DNA of 50,676 nt from a virus (IMGVR_UViG_3300025530_000406:1-50676), one strand, 5' to 3'. Shown: positions 1 to 9,990, numbered from the stretch's first letter. Notes: generated by a model from the sequence alone, not told the origin. Program-made: numbers and translations.

Positions 1-471
1 GTGGTGATTGGGTTGGATGACATGATCGAAAGCTATCGAAAAACGATTCTCTCGCTGCAAGAAGCATACGAGAAATGCGAGAACGGTTCTGACCGATCAC
101 GTATTCAATCGATGATCACCAGTTGCGAAGCCATCGTCGAATGTTTGCTTACTGGCAGTTACCCCAGCAGAGCAAGACCAATCAATCGCTTGTCGCGATG
201 GCAGAGGACCGTATTTGTTCCGCCGGACAAGCTCAACATCTTCATCGATCACAACGCCATAAAGTGCGAATCGAGCTTAACTGCGGAGGACCGGCGGAGA
301 ATCGACGAAGCTTTAAACCTGTTGACTCGACGCGAGCAAGAAATATTCGTGACCGTCTACGGTTTCGGTCTATCAATCAGCGAGGCTGCTGCAATCCACG
401 GGATCAGCAAAAGCAGCGTCAGCACATACATCAAGCGGGCCAAAACAAAACTCGCGGCCAAACTGGCATAG
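1..471 (+). CDS. Phage late-gene sigma-like factor (sigma-70 region 4 HTH; PBSX Xpf-like)
   Basis: C-terminal LTRREQEIF...GLSISEAAAIHGISKSSVSTYIKRAKTKL is a region-4 HTH; lies just upstream of the packaging genes. Start may be ATG at 22. Confidence 0.75.
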   Translation: MVIGLDDMIESYRKTILSLQEAYEKCENGSDRSRIQSMITSCEAIVECLLTGSYPSRARPINRLSRWQRTVFVPPDKLNIFIDHNAIKCESSLTAEDRRRIDEALNLLTRREQEIFVTVYGFGLSISEAAAIHGISKSSVSTYIKRAKTKLAAKLA

Positions 472-668
472 GTGATTAGCGTCGCTGCGTCTATCAAGCC
501 GGACGATTGGCGACGCATCACATACACCACGCACGGGAGTTAGGAGGTCTCCCATTTGATGACTGTGCGTGGTCCTTGATGGGCCGTCATCCACAAGGGC
601 GCCGGGTGATGGTCCCTTTGTATGAAAAGCAAAACACCGCCGGATGCTTCCCGAGCGGTGTGTTTTTA
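472..668 (+). ncRNA. Candidate structured RNA (three hairpins, possible pseudoknot, terminator)
   Basis: Stems 479-485/510-516, 527-534/565-572 with inner 535-539/549-553, and 574-578/594-598; GATGAC 558-563 is complementary to GTCATC 586-591; terminator-like stem 634-640/655-661 followed by a T-run. Confidence 0.45.
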
Positions 669-845
669 TCTTAGCACGAGAACGGGAATCTGTAAACCAA
701 TTCCAACCGAAGGAGATGGGCTGGCCATGGTTCACAACACAAGTTAAAGCCTGTTTTAAGGCGCGATGATGGATGATGGGTATAAATACACCCTTCGAAT
801 GCTAGAAGCGCTCAAAACGGCCACACGGGGCTGACAACCACATGC

Positions 846-892
846 ACGGGTCCTTCTGGCGAAGGGGAATGGGTGCGGGTACTGGCGACCCC
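846..892 (+). other. Putative cos site (cosQ/cosN-like)
   Basis: GGGTCCT at 848-854 equals lambda cosQ; GGCGACC at 884-890 equals the core of the lambda cohesive end; immediately upstream of a Nu1/gpA-type terminase. Confidence 0.65.
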
Positions 893-1040
893 GATTTTTG
901 TCTAGTTTCAAATTTTCAAACTCACTTTCGCTTTTGGTAAACGAGCAGCCAATAAATCGCATTTTGCAAATTTCGCTACCGAAATACGCGGTCCAAAATC
1001 ATACCAGCATTTTTTGATGCTTTAAACGAAAGTAGGAGGG

Positions 1041-1550
1041 ATGCTGATGCCGAACAAAAAAACGAAAGTGGAGGGGGTCGAAATCCATGAAAAAACGGTC
1101 CTGACGAGCGAGCTTGCCGCAGTTGTCGGGAAAACGCCGCAATGGATACGGCAGCTTACGAAGGAGGGCGTGCTGCAGCAAGTTGATCGCGGCAAATACG
1201 TCCTCGGCGAAGCCGTGCAAGCGTACATCGAGTACGCCAGCGGTGGCAAGGAGGACACGGGAAAGCCTCGGTACATCGACGAAAAAACCGAACACGAGCG
1301 CTTGAAAAAAGAGCGGGCTGCCTTGGAGCTCGAACGATTGCGCGGCGAATTGCACTCGGCAAAGGATGTCGAGCTGCTCGTGTCCGATCTGATCTTGACG
1401 ACAAAGGCAAAATTGCAGGTCATCCCGAGCAAACTTGCGCCGCGATTGGAGCACGAATCGGCAGCGGTGATAGAGCGGGAAATCCGGAAGGAAATAAACG
1501 CGGTGCTGACGGCCCTTTCGAACTACGATCCGGCGGAAGCGGGGAAATAG
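1041..1550 (+). CDS. Terminase small subunit (Nu1-like)
   Basis: N-terminal winged HTH (TSELAAVVGKTPQWIRQLTKEG), coiled coil, GEL motif; AGGAGG RBS; precedes terL. Confidence 0.85.
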   Translation: MLMPNKKTKVEGVEIHEKTVLTSELAAVVGKTPQWIRQLTKEGVLQQVDRGKYVLGEAVQAYIEYASGGKEDTGKPRYIDEKTEHERLKKERAALELERLRGELHSAKDVELLVSDLILTTKAKLQVIPSKLAPRLEHESAAVIEREIRKEINAVLTALSNYDPAEAGK

Positions 1551-1551
1551 T

Positions 1552-3384
1552 TTGGTTGCCGAAAAGACAGTTGCGCTTTTCCGCCGGCTTTGCAAACAAT
1601 GGGCACCGCTGCCGGAGTTGTCGACGTCAGAATGGGCCGATCAGTACCGCATTCTGACCACCGCAACGAGCGCGGAGCCGGGGCCGTGGAGAACGGACCG
1701 GGCGCCGTATCAGCGCGAGATCATGGATTCGATCAATGACCCGGAGGTCGAAGAAGTCGCGATCATGGCCTCGGCTCAGGTCGGCAAAACGGAGTTTTTG
1801 CTGAACATGGTCGGCTATCACATCGATTATGACCCGGCGCCGATCATGTACGTGTTGCCGACAGACAAATTGGTCGAAACCTTTTCCAAAGAACGCCTTT
1901 CAGTAATGATCGAAGCCAGCCCACGGCTGCGGGACAAGGTCGGAGAGGCGAAGAGTCGAGATAGCAGCAATACGATTTCCGAAAAGAGTTTCCCCGGCGG
2001 ATACATCGCAATCGTTGGGGCAAATTCGCCGTCATCGCTATCGAGCCGGCCGATCCGAATTCTGCTTTGTGATGAGGTCGACAGGTATCCGGTCAGCGCT
2101 GGCAAGGAAGGCGATCCGATTTCCCTTGCCGTTCAGAGAACGAAGACTTTCCACAACAAGAAGCATATCTTCGTTTCGACTCCGACCATCAAGGACGCTT
2201 CTCGAATCGAGCAGTTATATAACGACAGCACGATGGAGCAATATTGCCTTCCGTGCCCGAGTTGTGGCGAGTACCAACCGCTGACCTGGCAGCAAGTTAA
2301 ATTTGAGTACGAGAAAGAGGAGAATGGCGACTTCGAAATCAAGTCGGTGCGGCATGCCTGCAAGGAATGCGGGGCGCTGCACACGGAAAAGGAGTGGAAG
2401 CGCGGGACAGGCAAATGGATCGCGCGGAAAAAGCACTCCAAGCGCCGCGGGTTCCATCTTAATCAGCTTGTCAGCCCGTGGTCGTCCTGGTATGACGTCG
2501 TGCATTCCTTCCTCGTCGCCAATCGTGACGGAACCGAAGCGCTCAAGGTATGGACGAATACCGTCCTGGGTGAATCGTGGGAAGAACAAGGCGAAAAGCT
2601 CGAAGAAGAGACGCTTTTCGGACGCTGTGAGGATTACGGCGCCGAAGTTCCGGAAAAGGTCCGCGTGCTGACGGCAGCCGTCGACGTGCAGGATGATCGC
2701 TTTGAAATTGAGGTCATGGGTTGGGGCCCCGGCAAAGAATCGTGGGGCATCGAATATCACGTCATTTACGGTAACCTGCGGCAACCCGAAATTTGGAATG
2801 AACTCGACGAGTACCTTTCCCGCCGCTGGTCAAAGTCAGACGGTCGACAACTTGGTATCGCGATAACCTGTATCGATTCCGGCGGACACTTTACGACCGA
2901 AGTTTATCGTTTCTGCGCACCGCGGTCACACCGCCGAATATTCGCGATCAAGGGCCAGGGCTCGCGGAACGGTGAATACATCCCGCTGATTGCCGGGCAT
3001 ACGGAGACGCAGCGAGAGAAAGCGATCCTGTTCCGGCTGGGCGTAGATGAAGGTAAGTCGAAGGTGTTCGCCGATCTGAAAGTACAGCACGCCGGTCCAG
3101 GATACTGCCACTTCCCGACCGGCCGCGGATACTCGCTGGATTACTTCCGCGGGCTGACGGCCGAGAAGAAACAACTTCGAAAAAGAATGGGCGTGGCGTA
3201 CTACGAATGGGTAAAGGTCCGGGATCGGAACGAACCGTTTGACCTTCGGGTTTACAACACGGCCGCACTCGAAATTCTGAATCCTAACCTTGACGAACCC
3301 GTTTTACTGAAGCCGAAGCCTGCTGCACAAGCGGCACCAGCCGCGAAAAAGCGTGTCTTCGTGAAGAAATCGAATATTTGGTAG
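1552..3384 (+). CDS. Terminase large subunit (lambda gpA family)
   Basis: Walker A SAQVGKTE, Walker B LLCDEVD, STPT motif, CPSC/CKEC zinc site, VDVQ, DSGG, RNEPFD. Confidence 0.95.
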   Translation: MVAEKTVALFRRLCKQWAPLPELSTSEWADQYRILTTATSAEPGPWRTDRAPYQREIMDSINDPEVEEVAIMASAQVGKTEFLLNMVGYHIDYDPAPIMYVLPTDKLVETFSKERLSVMIEASPRLRDKVGEAKSRDSSNTISEKSFPGGYIAIVGANSPSSLSSRPIRILLCDEVDRYPVSAGKEGDPISLAVQRTKTFHNKKHIFVSTPTIKDASRIEQLYNDSTMEQYCLPCPSCGEYQPLTWQQVKFEYEKEENGDFEIKSVRHACKECGALHTEKEWKRGTGKWIARKKHSKRRGFHLNQLVSPWSSWYDVVHSFLVANRDGTEALKVWTNTVLGESWEEQGEKLEEETLFGRCEDYGAEVPEKVRVLTAAVDVQDDRFEIEVMGWGPGKESWGIEYHVIYGNLRQPEIWNELDEYLSRRWSKSDGRQLGIAITCIDSGGHFTTEVYRFCAPRSHRRIFAIKGQGSRNGEYIPLIAGHTETQREKAILFRLGVDEGKSKVFADLKVQHAGPGYCHFPTGRGYSLDYFRGLTAEKKQLRKRMGVAYYEWVKVRDRNEPFDLRVYNTAALEILNPNLDEPVLLKPKPAAQAAPAAKKRVFVKKSNIW

Positions 3385-3392
3385 GTGATGAC

Positions 3393-3644
3393 ATGCGGAA
3401 AGAACGGATACAAGCCCGACTGGAACTGGTGAAGCAACGATTGCAAATGTATTACGCCGCGGAGGCGGCAATACTCCAGGGTTCGCAATCGTATAGCATC
3501 GCCGGCCGGTCACTCACCCGCGCGAATCTGGCACAAATCCGGGAAGAGATCGATAACCTGGAGCGGCAGCAGGACGAGCTGGAGAACGCGCTGACAGGAT
3601 CGGAGAAACGCAAAGCCTATCGAATTCTTTACCGTGATTTGTAA
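3393..3644 (+). CDS. Head completion protein (gpW-like)
   Basis: QSYSIAGRSLTRANL motif; between terL and portal; RBS before ATG 3393. Confidence 0.8.
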   Translation: MRKERIQARLELVKQRLQMYYAAEAAILQGSQSYSIAGRSLTRANLAQIREEIDNLERQQDELENALTGSEKRKAYRILYRDL

Positions 3645-3660
3645 GGAGGTGATGTGACTT

Positions 3661-5328
3661 GTGAGCTTCATTGACAGAGCGATTGAATTAATTGCTCCGC
3701 GCGCCGCGCTACGGCGAGAGGCCGCCAGGCTCAAACTTGGGGCAATGCGCCAAGTTTTGAACAGCGGGTACTCGCACAGCGGCGCCAGCCGCCGGAAGAA
3801 GTCCATGCAAGGTTGGATAAGCACCAGCCGCAGCCCGCAAGAGGACATCGGCAACAACCTAGCGCTGCTGCGCGAGCGCAGCCGTGACCTTTACATGTCC
3901 GGAGGTCTCGGAACGAGTGCGATTAAGAAAAACCAGTCTAACATCCTTGGGTCTGGACTTGAATTAAAATGTCAGATCAACGCCCGCGCGCTGGGTCTGA
4001 CGCCCGAACAGGCAAAGGAGTGGGAGGATCGCACCGAGTTTGAATTTAAACTCTGGGCGGAATCCAAGATCGACAATACGGGGCTCAACGACTTTTACGA
4101 TGCCCAGCGAATCATGCTGACCGGATGGCTCCTTAACGGCGACTCGCTCGCCATCGTTAAGTATGCGGATCGACCGGAGGGAACAAACCCATATCTCTTG
4201 CGGCTGCATTTGATAGAGGCTGACAGGCTCAGCACTCCGAACCAATACGTTCCTGCACACCTCAGTCCGGCTTTGAGCAACTTTGTCACAATGGACTATG
4301 TTGAGCTTAACGACGGTCGAAAAATTCAAAACGGCGTTGAGACGGACGCGGCCGGAAAAGTGATAGCGTATTGGATCAGCAACAAACACCCTAACAGTCT
4401 GCTACCAACGCGTCAACCCATCCAATGGGTCCGCGTGGACGCGCTGAACAGGGTCAGCGGGCTGCCGAACGTCTTGTTTGTCATGGACCCGGAGCGGGCA
4501 GAGCAATATCGAGGCGTCCCGTATTTGGCGCCGGTCATCGAACAGATCAAGCAGATGAGCCGTTACACCGAGGCGGAGATTGCGGCCGCAATTATTAACA
4601 GTTTCTTCACAGCCTTTATCAAGACGGAGGGGCCGAAAAACACAAATCCGTTGGGCGAAAGCATCCCAGAAGAGGATCGTTTGGACATTCCGCCAGAGGA
4701 AAGGCTTGCATCTTACGAGATGGGGCCTGGGACGATTAACGTTTTAGGACCGAACGAAGACATAACGTTCGGCGACCCAAAGCATCCGACATCCGGGTTT
4801 GAGACGTTTACGAGGTCGATGGCGCAGTTGGTTGGTGCGACCCTTGACATCCCATATGAAATGCTGCTTGGAGTGTTTAATTCCAGTTACTCAGCCAGCC
4901 GGGCCGCACTTTTGCAAGCATGGCGGCCATTCCGGGATCGCCGGGACTGGTTCGCACACGACTTTTGCCAACAAGTTTATGAGACATGGCTTTTTGAAGC
5001 CGTGGCAACTGGACGTATCCAGGCGCCCGGTTTTTTTTCTGACCCAGCGCGCCGAAAGCTTTGGAGCAAAGCAATTTGGATCGGTCCTAGCCCCGGTCAA
5101 ATCGACCCAGTCAAAGAGGTCCAAGCGGCGGCGATGCGGATCGCTAACAAATTTTCGACGCACGAGCGCGAGGCCATGGAGATCAATGGCTCCGACTACG
5201 ACAGTAACGTTGAGGTCCTGCGTCGAGAGTATGAAGTTGCGCGAGATTTGCCGAGTAGTGTGACGAGCACGACAGCAAGCTCTGATGAAGGAGGTGAAAA
5301 CAAAAATGCCGACGAGGGTAGAGATTAA
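3661..5328 (+). CDS. Portal protein (lambda family)
   Basis: LRERSRDL, LIEADRL, EQYRGVP, SYSASRAAL, IDPVKEV motifs. Confidence 0.95.
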   Translation: MSFIDRAIELIAPRAALRREAARLKLGAMRQVLNSGYSHSGASRRKKSMQGWISTSRSPQEDIGNNLALLRERSRDLYMSGGLGTSAIKKNQSNILGSGLELKCQINARALGLTPEQAKEWEDRTEFEFKLWAESKIDNTGLNDFYDAQRIMLTGWLLNGDSLAIVKYADRPEGTNPYLLRLHLIEADRLSTPNQYVPAHLSPALSNFVTMDYVELNDGRKIQNGVETDAAGKVIAYWISNKHPNSLLPTRQPIQWVRVDALNRVSGLPNVLFVMDPERAEQYRGVPYLAPVIEQIKQMSRYTEAEIAAAIINSFFTAFIKTEGPKNTNPLGESIPEEDRLDIPPEERLASYEMGPGTINVLGPNEDITFGDPKHPTSGFETFTRSMAQLVGATLDIPYEMLLGVFNSSYSASRAALLQAWRPFRDRRDWFAHDFCQQVYETWLFEAVATGRIQAPGFFSDPARRKLWSKAIWIGPSPGQIDPVKEVQAAAMRIANKFSTHEREAMEINGSDYDSNVEVLRREYEVARDLPSSVTSTTASSDEGGENKNADEGRD

Positions 5329-6421
5329 GGGCGTCATCATACCGAATGATTACCAGGATATTTACGACTGGCTCGAATGGGAGGCTACAAGCCCGCGCAA
5401 GGTATCGCAAGCAATCGCAGATGCGAACGGCGATGACTTGGAGGTCATTATCAACTCTGGCGGCGGCGACGTTTTTTCCGGGTCGGAAATTTACACGATG
5501 CTGAAAGAACACGCCGCAGACGTGACGGTCAAAATCGTCGGGGTGGCGGCCAGCGCGGCAAGCGTGATTGCAATGGCTGGAAAAAAAGTCGCGATGTCTC
5601 CGACCGCTCAACTGATGATTCACAACGCCTCTACGATCACCATTGGCGATAAGCGCGATCATCGCCATTCGGCCGACTTCCTGCAAACGGTAGACGCCGG
5701 GATCGCGAACGCTTACCGGCTGAAAACCGGCATGACGCAAAGCGAACTGCTTAACCTGATGAACAAAGAAACCTGGTTAAACGCGCAAGACGCCCTGGCT
5801 TATAAGTTTATCGACGAAATCATGTTCGACGAGGGCGGGCAACTGAGCGCCGTCGCGTCTGCGACAACGCAAATGCTGCCGCAGTCCGTCGTTGAAAAAA
5901 TCAAAAACGAACTGCTCAAAAAGAAAGGAGATGTGGGGAACGTGTCTCAAACGACCCAAACCCAAAATGTAGCACCGAATCCGGTTGTCACGGCTGGAGT
6001 CAATACGCCCGTGCAATTGACGGCGGGCACGGTCGTTACCCCTATCGGTGGTGCGAGCAATGCCTCTCCTGCCGTCGACCTGGCAGCCCAGGAGCGCGCG
6101 CGCCTTAAAGCTATCGACGAGATCGCCGCAAACATCGATCCAGAGCTTGTCAACGAAGCCAAGTACGGCGAAAACCCCATGACGGCAGAACAGCTCGCGC
6201 TGCGGGCAATGCGTGAAGGAAAGATGATCAACAACGCCCTTTTTGGCGCCGCGGTCGCAGCGAACAAAGCTGCTGGAACTGAAGGTGTGAAGCCGGCGCC
6301 GCAGCCGCAAAACTCGGAGAAAGAGTTCGACCTGAACAATGTCAATGATGTGAACACGATTTTCAACTTTTTCGCGGCCAATTCGCAAGCCGGCCGGCCG
6401 CAGAACATTCGAAGGGAGTAA
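5306..6421 (+). CDS. ClpP-type prohead protease with C-terminal scaffold region
   Basis: INSGGGDV, AASAASVIAMAG, MIHNA, ETWLNA catalytic motifs; low-complexity linker then ERARL scaffold segment. Confidence 0.92.
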   Translation: MPTRVEIKGVIIPNDYQDIYDWLEWEATSPRKVSQAIADANGDDLEVIINSGGGDVFSGSEIYTMLKEHAADVTVKIVGVAASAASVIAMAGKKVAMSPTAQLMIHNASTITIGDKRDHRHSADFLQTVDAGIANAYRLKTGMTQSELLNLMNKETWLNAQDALAYKFIDEIMFDEGGQLSAVASATTQMLPQSVVEKIKNELLKKKGDVGNVSQTTQTQNVAPNPVVTAGVNTPVQLTAGTVVTPIGGASNASPAVDLAAQERARLKAIDEIAANIDPELVNEAKYGENPMTAEQLALRAMREGKMINNALFGAAVAANKAAGTEGVKPAPQPQNSEKEFDLNNVNDVNTIFNFFAANSQAGRPQNIRRE

Positions 6422-6426
6422 TCTGA

Positions 6427-6786
6427 ATGCCTGATTTCGCAAGTGTTGAACTGCAAACGCTGTTCGCCGGAACGGAAGTCCCGGCCCTGACGACTTCGGT
6501 GACGCTGGCAAGCGGTCAAGGTGTCCTTAAAGTCGGTGCTGTCATCGGCGAGGTTAGCGCAGACGGGAAGTTTAAACTCGTCGACAAAACCGCATCGGAC
6601 GGCAGCCAGACGGCCAAATATGTTTTGGCCGAGACGGTGGACACCTCTTTTGCTGATGTCGTAGCCGTCGCATACAAGACCGGCATCTTTAACTATGATG
6701 CGCTGTACGTGGCCGATGGAGACACGGTAGCCAACCACAAGGACGAGCTTCGTTCGGTGGGAATCCACTTCCGCACCGACTATTAA
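6427..6786 (+). CDS. Head decoration protein (gpD-like)
   Basis: 119 aa; ASGQGVLKVGAVIG, DGSQ and GIFN motifs; between protease and major capsid gene. Confidence 0.85.
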   Translation: MPDFASVELQTLFAGTEVPALTTSVTLASGQGVLKVGAVIGEVSADGKFKLVDKTASDGSQTAKYVLAETVDTSFADVVAVAYKTGIFNYDALYVADGDTVANHKDELRSVGIHFRTDY

Positions 6787-6794
6787 TCGAAAGG

Positions 6795-7937
6795 GTGATA
6801 GTTTTGAAAATCAGGCAAAGCTTTTTGCAGAATCGTTTTGTAGGTGGCCCTCAAAATGCCGCGGCTGCTTCCGGTGGTAACATCAGCATTTACGAGCCGC
6901 AGACAATGCAACCGGCATTTCAAAAGCGGATGCCGGTTACGACGTTCCTTCGGGATCGATTTTTTCCGGGCTTTTCTACCTTCGCGACCAAACACGTGCT
7001 TATGGACTTTTACAGAAACCGTCAGCGCGTAGCTCCGCTTGTGGCCGAGGGCAGCAATCCGGTAAATATTCGCCGAGAAGGCTATCAAACCAAAATCTAC
7101 ACGCCGCCGTATATCAACCTTTCGGCGCCGTATAATGTCGATTTGCTGCAGGTAAGACTTCCCGGTGAGCCGGTTTTCGGCGGCTTGACTCCGGAAGAAA
7201 GAGCACTCGCCATTATGGAGCGAGACTACAACGAGCTGGACGATATGATCGTTCGGCGAGAGGAATTGATGATCGCGGAAGCTATGCAAACTGGCAGCGT
7301 CACCGCAACAGGCTACATCGACGATTCCGCAACGCAAGTAAGGACGGACACGATCGATTACGGCTTGGAAAACGTGATCAATCTCACCGGTACGTCTCAG
7401 TGGAGCAATTCCGCATCGAATAAATATGCCGATCTGCTCAGAGCTGTTACGCTGGTGCGCCAAGCCGGCTACAACCCGACGGTCGCAATTCTCGGGGAAA
7501 ATGCCTGGATGTACTTGCGGGAAGACGATAACTTTATGAAAAAGCTGGATTTGCGTTTTGCTCAATTCGGCGAAATCAACCCGCAACTCAATATCCGAAA
7601 CGGCAATGGTTACGCTTACGTTGGGCGTTTGACGGAGCTTGGCCTCGACCTCTACACGTACCTCGCCTGGTACTATGATGAGCAGACTCAGACGCTCAAA
7701 CCTTACATCGATAAGGATAAGGTCATTGTGGCCGCTGAAAACATCGGCGAAATGCTGTACGGCGCAAACACGATCATCCCTCCGGATTCGGACAACTTTG
7801 TCACGGTCGAAGCGCCTCGTGTCGCAAAGGTCAATGTGGACCGTAACACGGATACCAAGAGCCTCGTCGTCAAGTCGCGGCCGATTCCGAAACCGTTTGA
7901 TGTCGGCGCTTGGGCCGTAATCAACACGGTATCCTGA
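6795..7937 (+). CDS. Major capsid protein (lambda gpE family)
   Basis: TTFLRDRFF, VAPLV, RREELM and SRPIP motifs; position. Start may be TTG 6804. Confidence 0.9.
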   Translation: MIVLKIRQSFLQNRFVGGPQNAAAASGGNISIYEPQTMQPAFQKRMPVTTFLRDRFFPGFSTFATKHVLMDFYRNRQRVAPLVAEGSNPVNIRREGYQTKIYTPPYINLSAPYNVDLLQVRLPGEPVFGGLTPEERALAIMERDYNELDDMIVRREELMIAEAMQTGSVTATGYIDDSATQVRTDTIDYGLENVINLTGTSQWSNSASNKYADLLRAVTLVRQAGYNPTVAILGENAWMYLREDDNFMKKLDLRFAQFGEINPQLNIRNGNGYAYVGRLTELGLDLYTYLAWYYDEQTQTLKPYIDKDKVIVAAENIGEMLYGANTIIPPDSDNFVTVEAPRVAKVNVDRNTDTKSLVVKSRPIPKPFDVGAWAVINTVS

Positions 7938-7955
7938 TGCGGGGAGGGCAGATTT

Positions 7956-8273
7956 ATGCGCTTCGAAGTGATTCGCGGAAGCATTAAGCATAACGGAGCC
8001 TTTTATGAAAAAGGCTCCGTTTTTGATGCAGACGAAAAAGACGTTGCCCACCTGATCGATACCTATGTGTCGCCTGCGTTTGTAGGGCAACCCGGTGGCC
8101 AACAAGGCGACGGAATGGAAACCGTCGAGCTGCTGACCGTCGAAGAATTCGAAAGCCTGAACGCCAGCGAACAAAAGGAATTGCTGATCGAACTCGGGAT
8201 TGAACCGGGTTCGAACGCTGAAACTCGGCTGCAGCAATACGCCGAATTCTACAATAAGGCTGACGAAGAATGA
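7956..8273 (+). CDS. Small acidic head-associated protein (gpFI-like position)
   Basis: IKHNGAFYEKG N-terminus; follows the capsid gene. Confidence 0.55.
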   Translation: MRFEVIRGSIKHNGAFYEKGSVFDADEKDVAHLIDTYVSPAFVGQPGGQQGDGMETVELLTVEEFESLNASEQKELLIELGIEPGSNAETRLQQYAEFYNKADEE

Positions 8274-8614
8274 ACTTCAGGGACTACGTTGCCAGGGATA
8301 ACTTGACGACCTTTATCAACGTGGACGAGTTCGGGGAGCCGGTCTTTATCAGATCGACCGGCTTTGAACCGCAACAAATCGATGTTGTCATTGACCGTGA
8401 TCAGCGTGAGGGCTCGCTCTATCCGGATGCCGACGGCTCATACGCTTCGAAAATCACGTTGTATATGCGGCTTGATGACCTCGGATATGTCCCGGTTGAA
8501 AACCAAGTGCTCGAAATCGGGAAGACGGCGGTAGACCTCAACCCATACATTGTTCGGCGCGTGTCGTCCGAAATGGGCATTCTGGCGGTAGAAATCGAGG
8601 CGAGCCTGACGTGA
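8270..8614 (+). CDS. Head-tail joining protein (gpFII-like)
   Basis: FINVDEFGE motif; overlapping stop/start chain. Confidence 0.65.
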   Translation: MNFRDYVARDNLTTFINVDEFGEPVFIRSTGFEPQQIDVVIDRDQREGSLYPDADGSYASKITLYMRLDDLGYVPVENQVLEIGKTAVDLNPYIVRRVSSEMGILAVEIEASLT

Positions 8615-9180
8615 TTTCCTTCAATTCCACTCGAAAAGAGCTTAAGCAGGCGACCATTGGCCTTCGGTTTGTTGTGCAAAACATGCCGAAGGCTTTTGCG
8701 TCTGCTATCAATCGCGTCTCCGCGGGCATGAAAACAGAAGCGGCGCGGAAGGTTCGGGAAATCTATTACGTCAAACACGGCGATGTGCTGAAAACGATCA
8801 AAGTCACCAAGGCTAATCCGGCCAGACTCGAAATGTTGCTTACGTCCCGCGGCCCGAGCATTCCGCTGATTAGGTTTCGCACGACGCCATCTCAGCCGCC
8901 AGCAAAGCAGCCGAAGGTGTTACGAGCAGCAGTCAAAAAAGAGGGCGGCAAGAAGCCCATTCCTGGGGCGTTCGTGGCAAAGATGGATAGCGGCCACATC
9001 GGCGTGTTCCGGCGCGAGCGGAAGAAACGGCTGCCGATCGGAGAACTTTACGGTCCGGCGATCCCGGTTATGCTCAGCGAACCCGGAATTGCCGAACATT
9101 TGCAGTTGGAAGCAGAACGCCGAATGGCGCTGCGACTTGATCACGAGGTTAACCGGGTACTTGGGAGGTTCAAAGGATGA
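8611..9180 (+). CDS. Minor tail/neck protein (gpZ-like)
   Basis: Basic protein; AFVAKMDSGHIGVFRR and RLPIGELYGPAIP motifs. Confidence 0.8.
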   Translation: MISFNSTRKELKQATIGLRFVVQNMPKAFASAINRVSAGMKTEAARKVREIYYVKHGDVLKTIKVTKANPARLEMLLTSRGPSIPLIRFRTTPSQPPAKQPKVLRAAVKKEGGKKPIPGAFVAKMDSGHIGVFRRERKKRLPIGELYGPAIPVMLSEPGIAEHLQLEAERRMALRLDHEVNRVLGRFKG

Positions 9181-9707
9181 CGGCATTTCATCTTTTGCAG
9201 TCGGTAGCCGAGTTTCTGCGCCAAGTTGTGCAAAATTATGCGGCTTCGCAAGGCGCTGACAAAGCTTACGCAGCCCCAAGGGTGTTTGAGTGGTATCTGC
9301 CATTTAAAAACCCGCAACTGCCCGAGAAAATCGATTTTCCGTACATTGTCGCACGTATCACAGGTGGCAACGATCCTGTTCTCGAACCTGCATCCACGAC
9401 GATGTCTACCGTCGGGATCACGTTGGCTTTTGGCGTATACAACGAAGGCGGACAAAAGGATGGATTTTTGCATCCGGATGGCGCTTATGACCTTCTGAAC
9501 CTGATGGAGCATGTAAGGATCGAACTTTTCCGTCAGCGCGTGATCAACAATCGTTTTGTAATCGGAAAACCCTATGAATGGGAAATCCCGGAGGATCAAC
9601 CTTATCCGCTTTGGGTTGGACAGGCAAAAACGATATGGACCGTACAAAGCGCTACTGAACAACCGAAAGGAGATGACATCCATGCAATCCGATTCCCATG
9701 GGAATGA
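9177..9707 (+). CDS. Tail terminator protein
   Basis: DFPYIVAR and EDQPYPLW motifs; position before the sheath. Confidence 0.65.
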   Translation: MTAFHLLQSVAEFLRQVVQNYAASQGADKAYAAPRVFEWYLPFKNPQLPEKIDFPYIVARITGGNDPVLEPASTTMSTVGITLAFGVYNEGGQKDGFLHPDGAYDLLNLMEHVRIELFRQRVINNRFVIGKPYEWEIPEDQPYPLWVGQAKTIWTVQSATEQPKGDDIHAIRFPWE

Positions 9708-9990
9708 AAAGCCTGAAAAGGCAAAGAAAACAGCCTCGAAGCCGGAAAAGACGAGGCCGGAGGAACCGCTGATCTACGTCGGACCCAACATCCAGCGTGG
9801 TCGGCTTAAGCAGTACACGGTATTCCGCGACGGCGTGCCCGCCTATTTGGCGGGCGTGATCGCCGAATTTCCGGATGCGCAAAATCTGATCGTTCCGGTT
9901 AGTGAGCTGGCAACCGTAAAAAAGCGGGTAAACACGCCCGGAACTCTGGAACACAAAACGTTCCGGGAATTGAAAGGAGCTGCTGATTGA
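9682..9990 (+). CDS. Hypothetical protein (pre-sheath gene)
   Basis: AAGGAG RBS before ATG 9682; LIYVGPN motif. Confidence 0.6.
   Translation: MQSDSHGNEKPEKAKKTASKPEKTRPEEPLIYVGPNIQRGRLKQYTVFRDGVPAYLAGVIAEFPDAQNLIVPVSELATVKKRVNTPGTLEHKTFRELKGAAD

Noticed and set aside
472-600. Twister, pistol or tRNA identity for the structured region
   Set aside because: Conserved cores and cloverleaf not found; kept only as an unassigned structured RNA.
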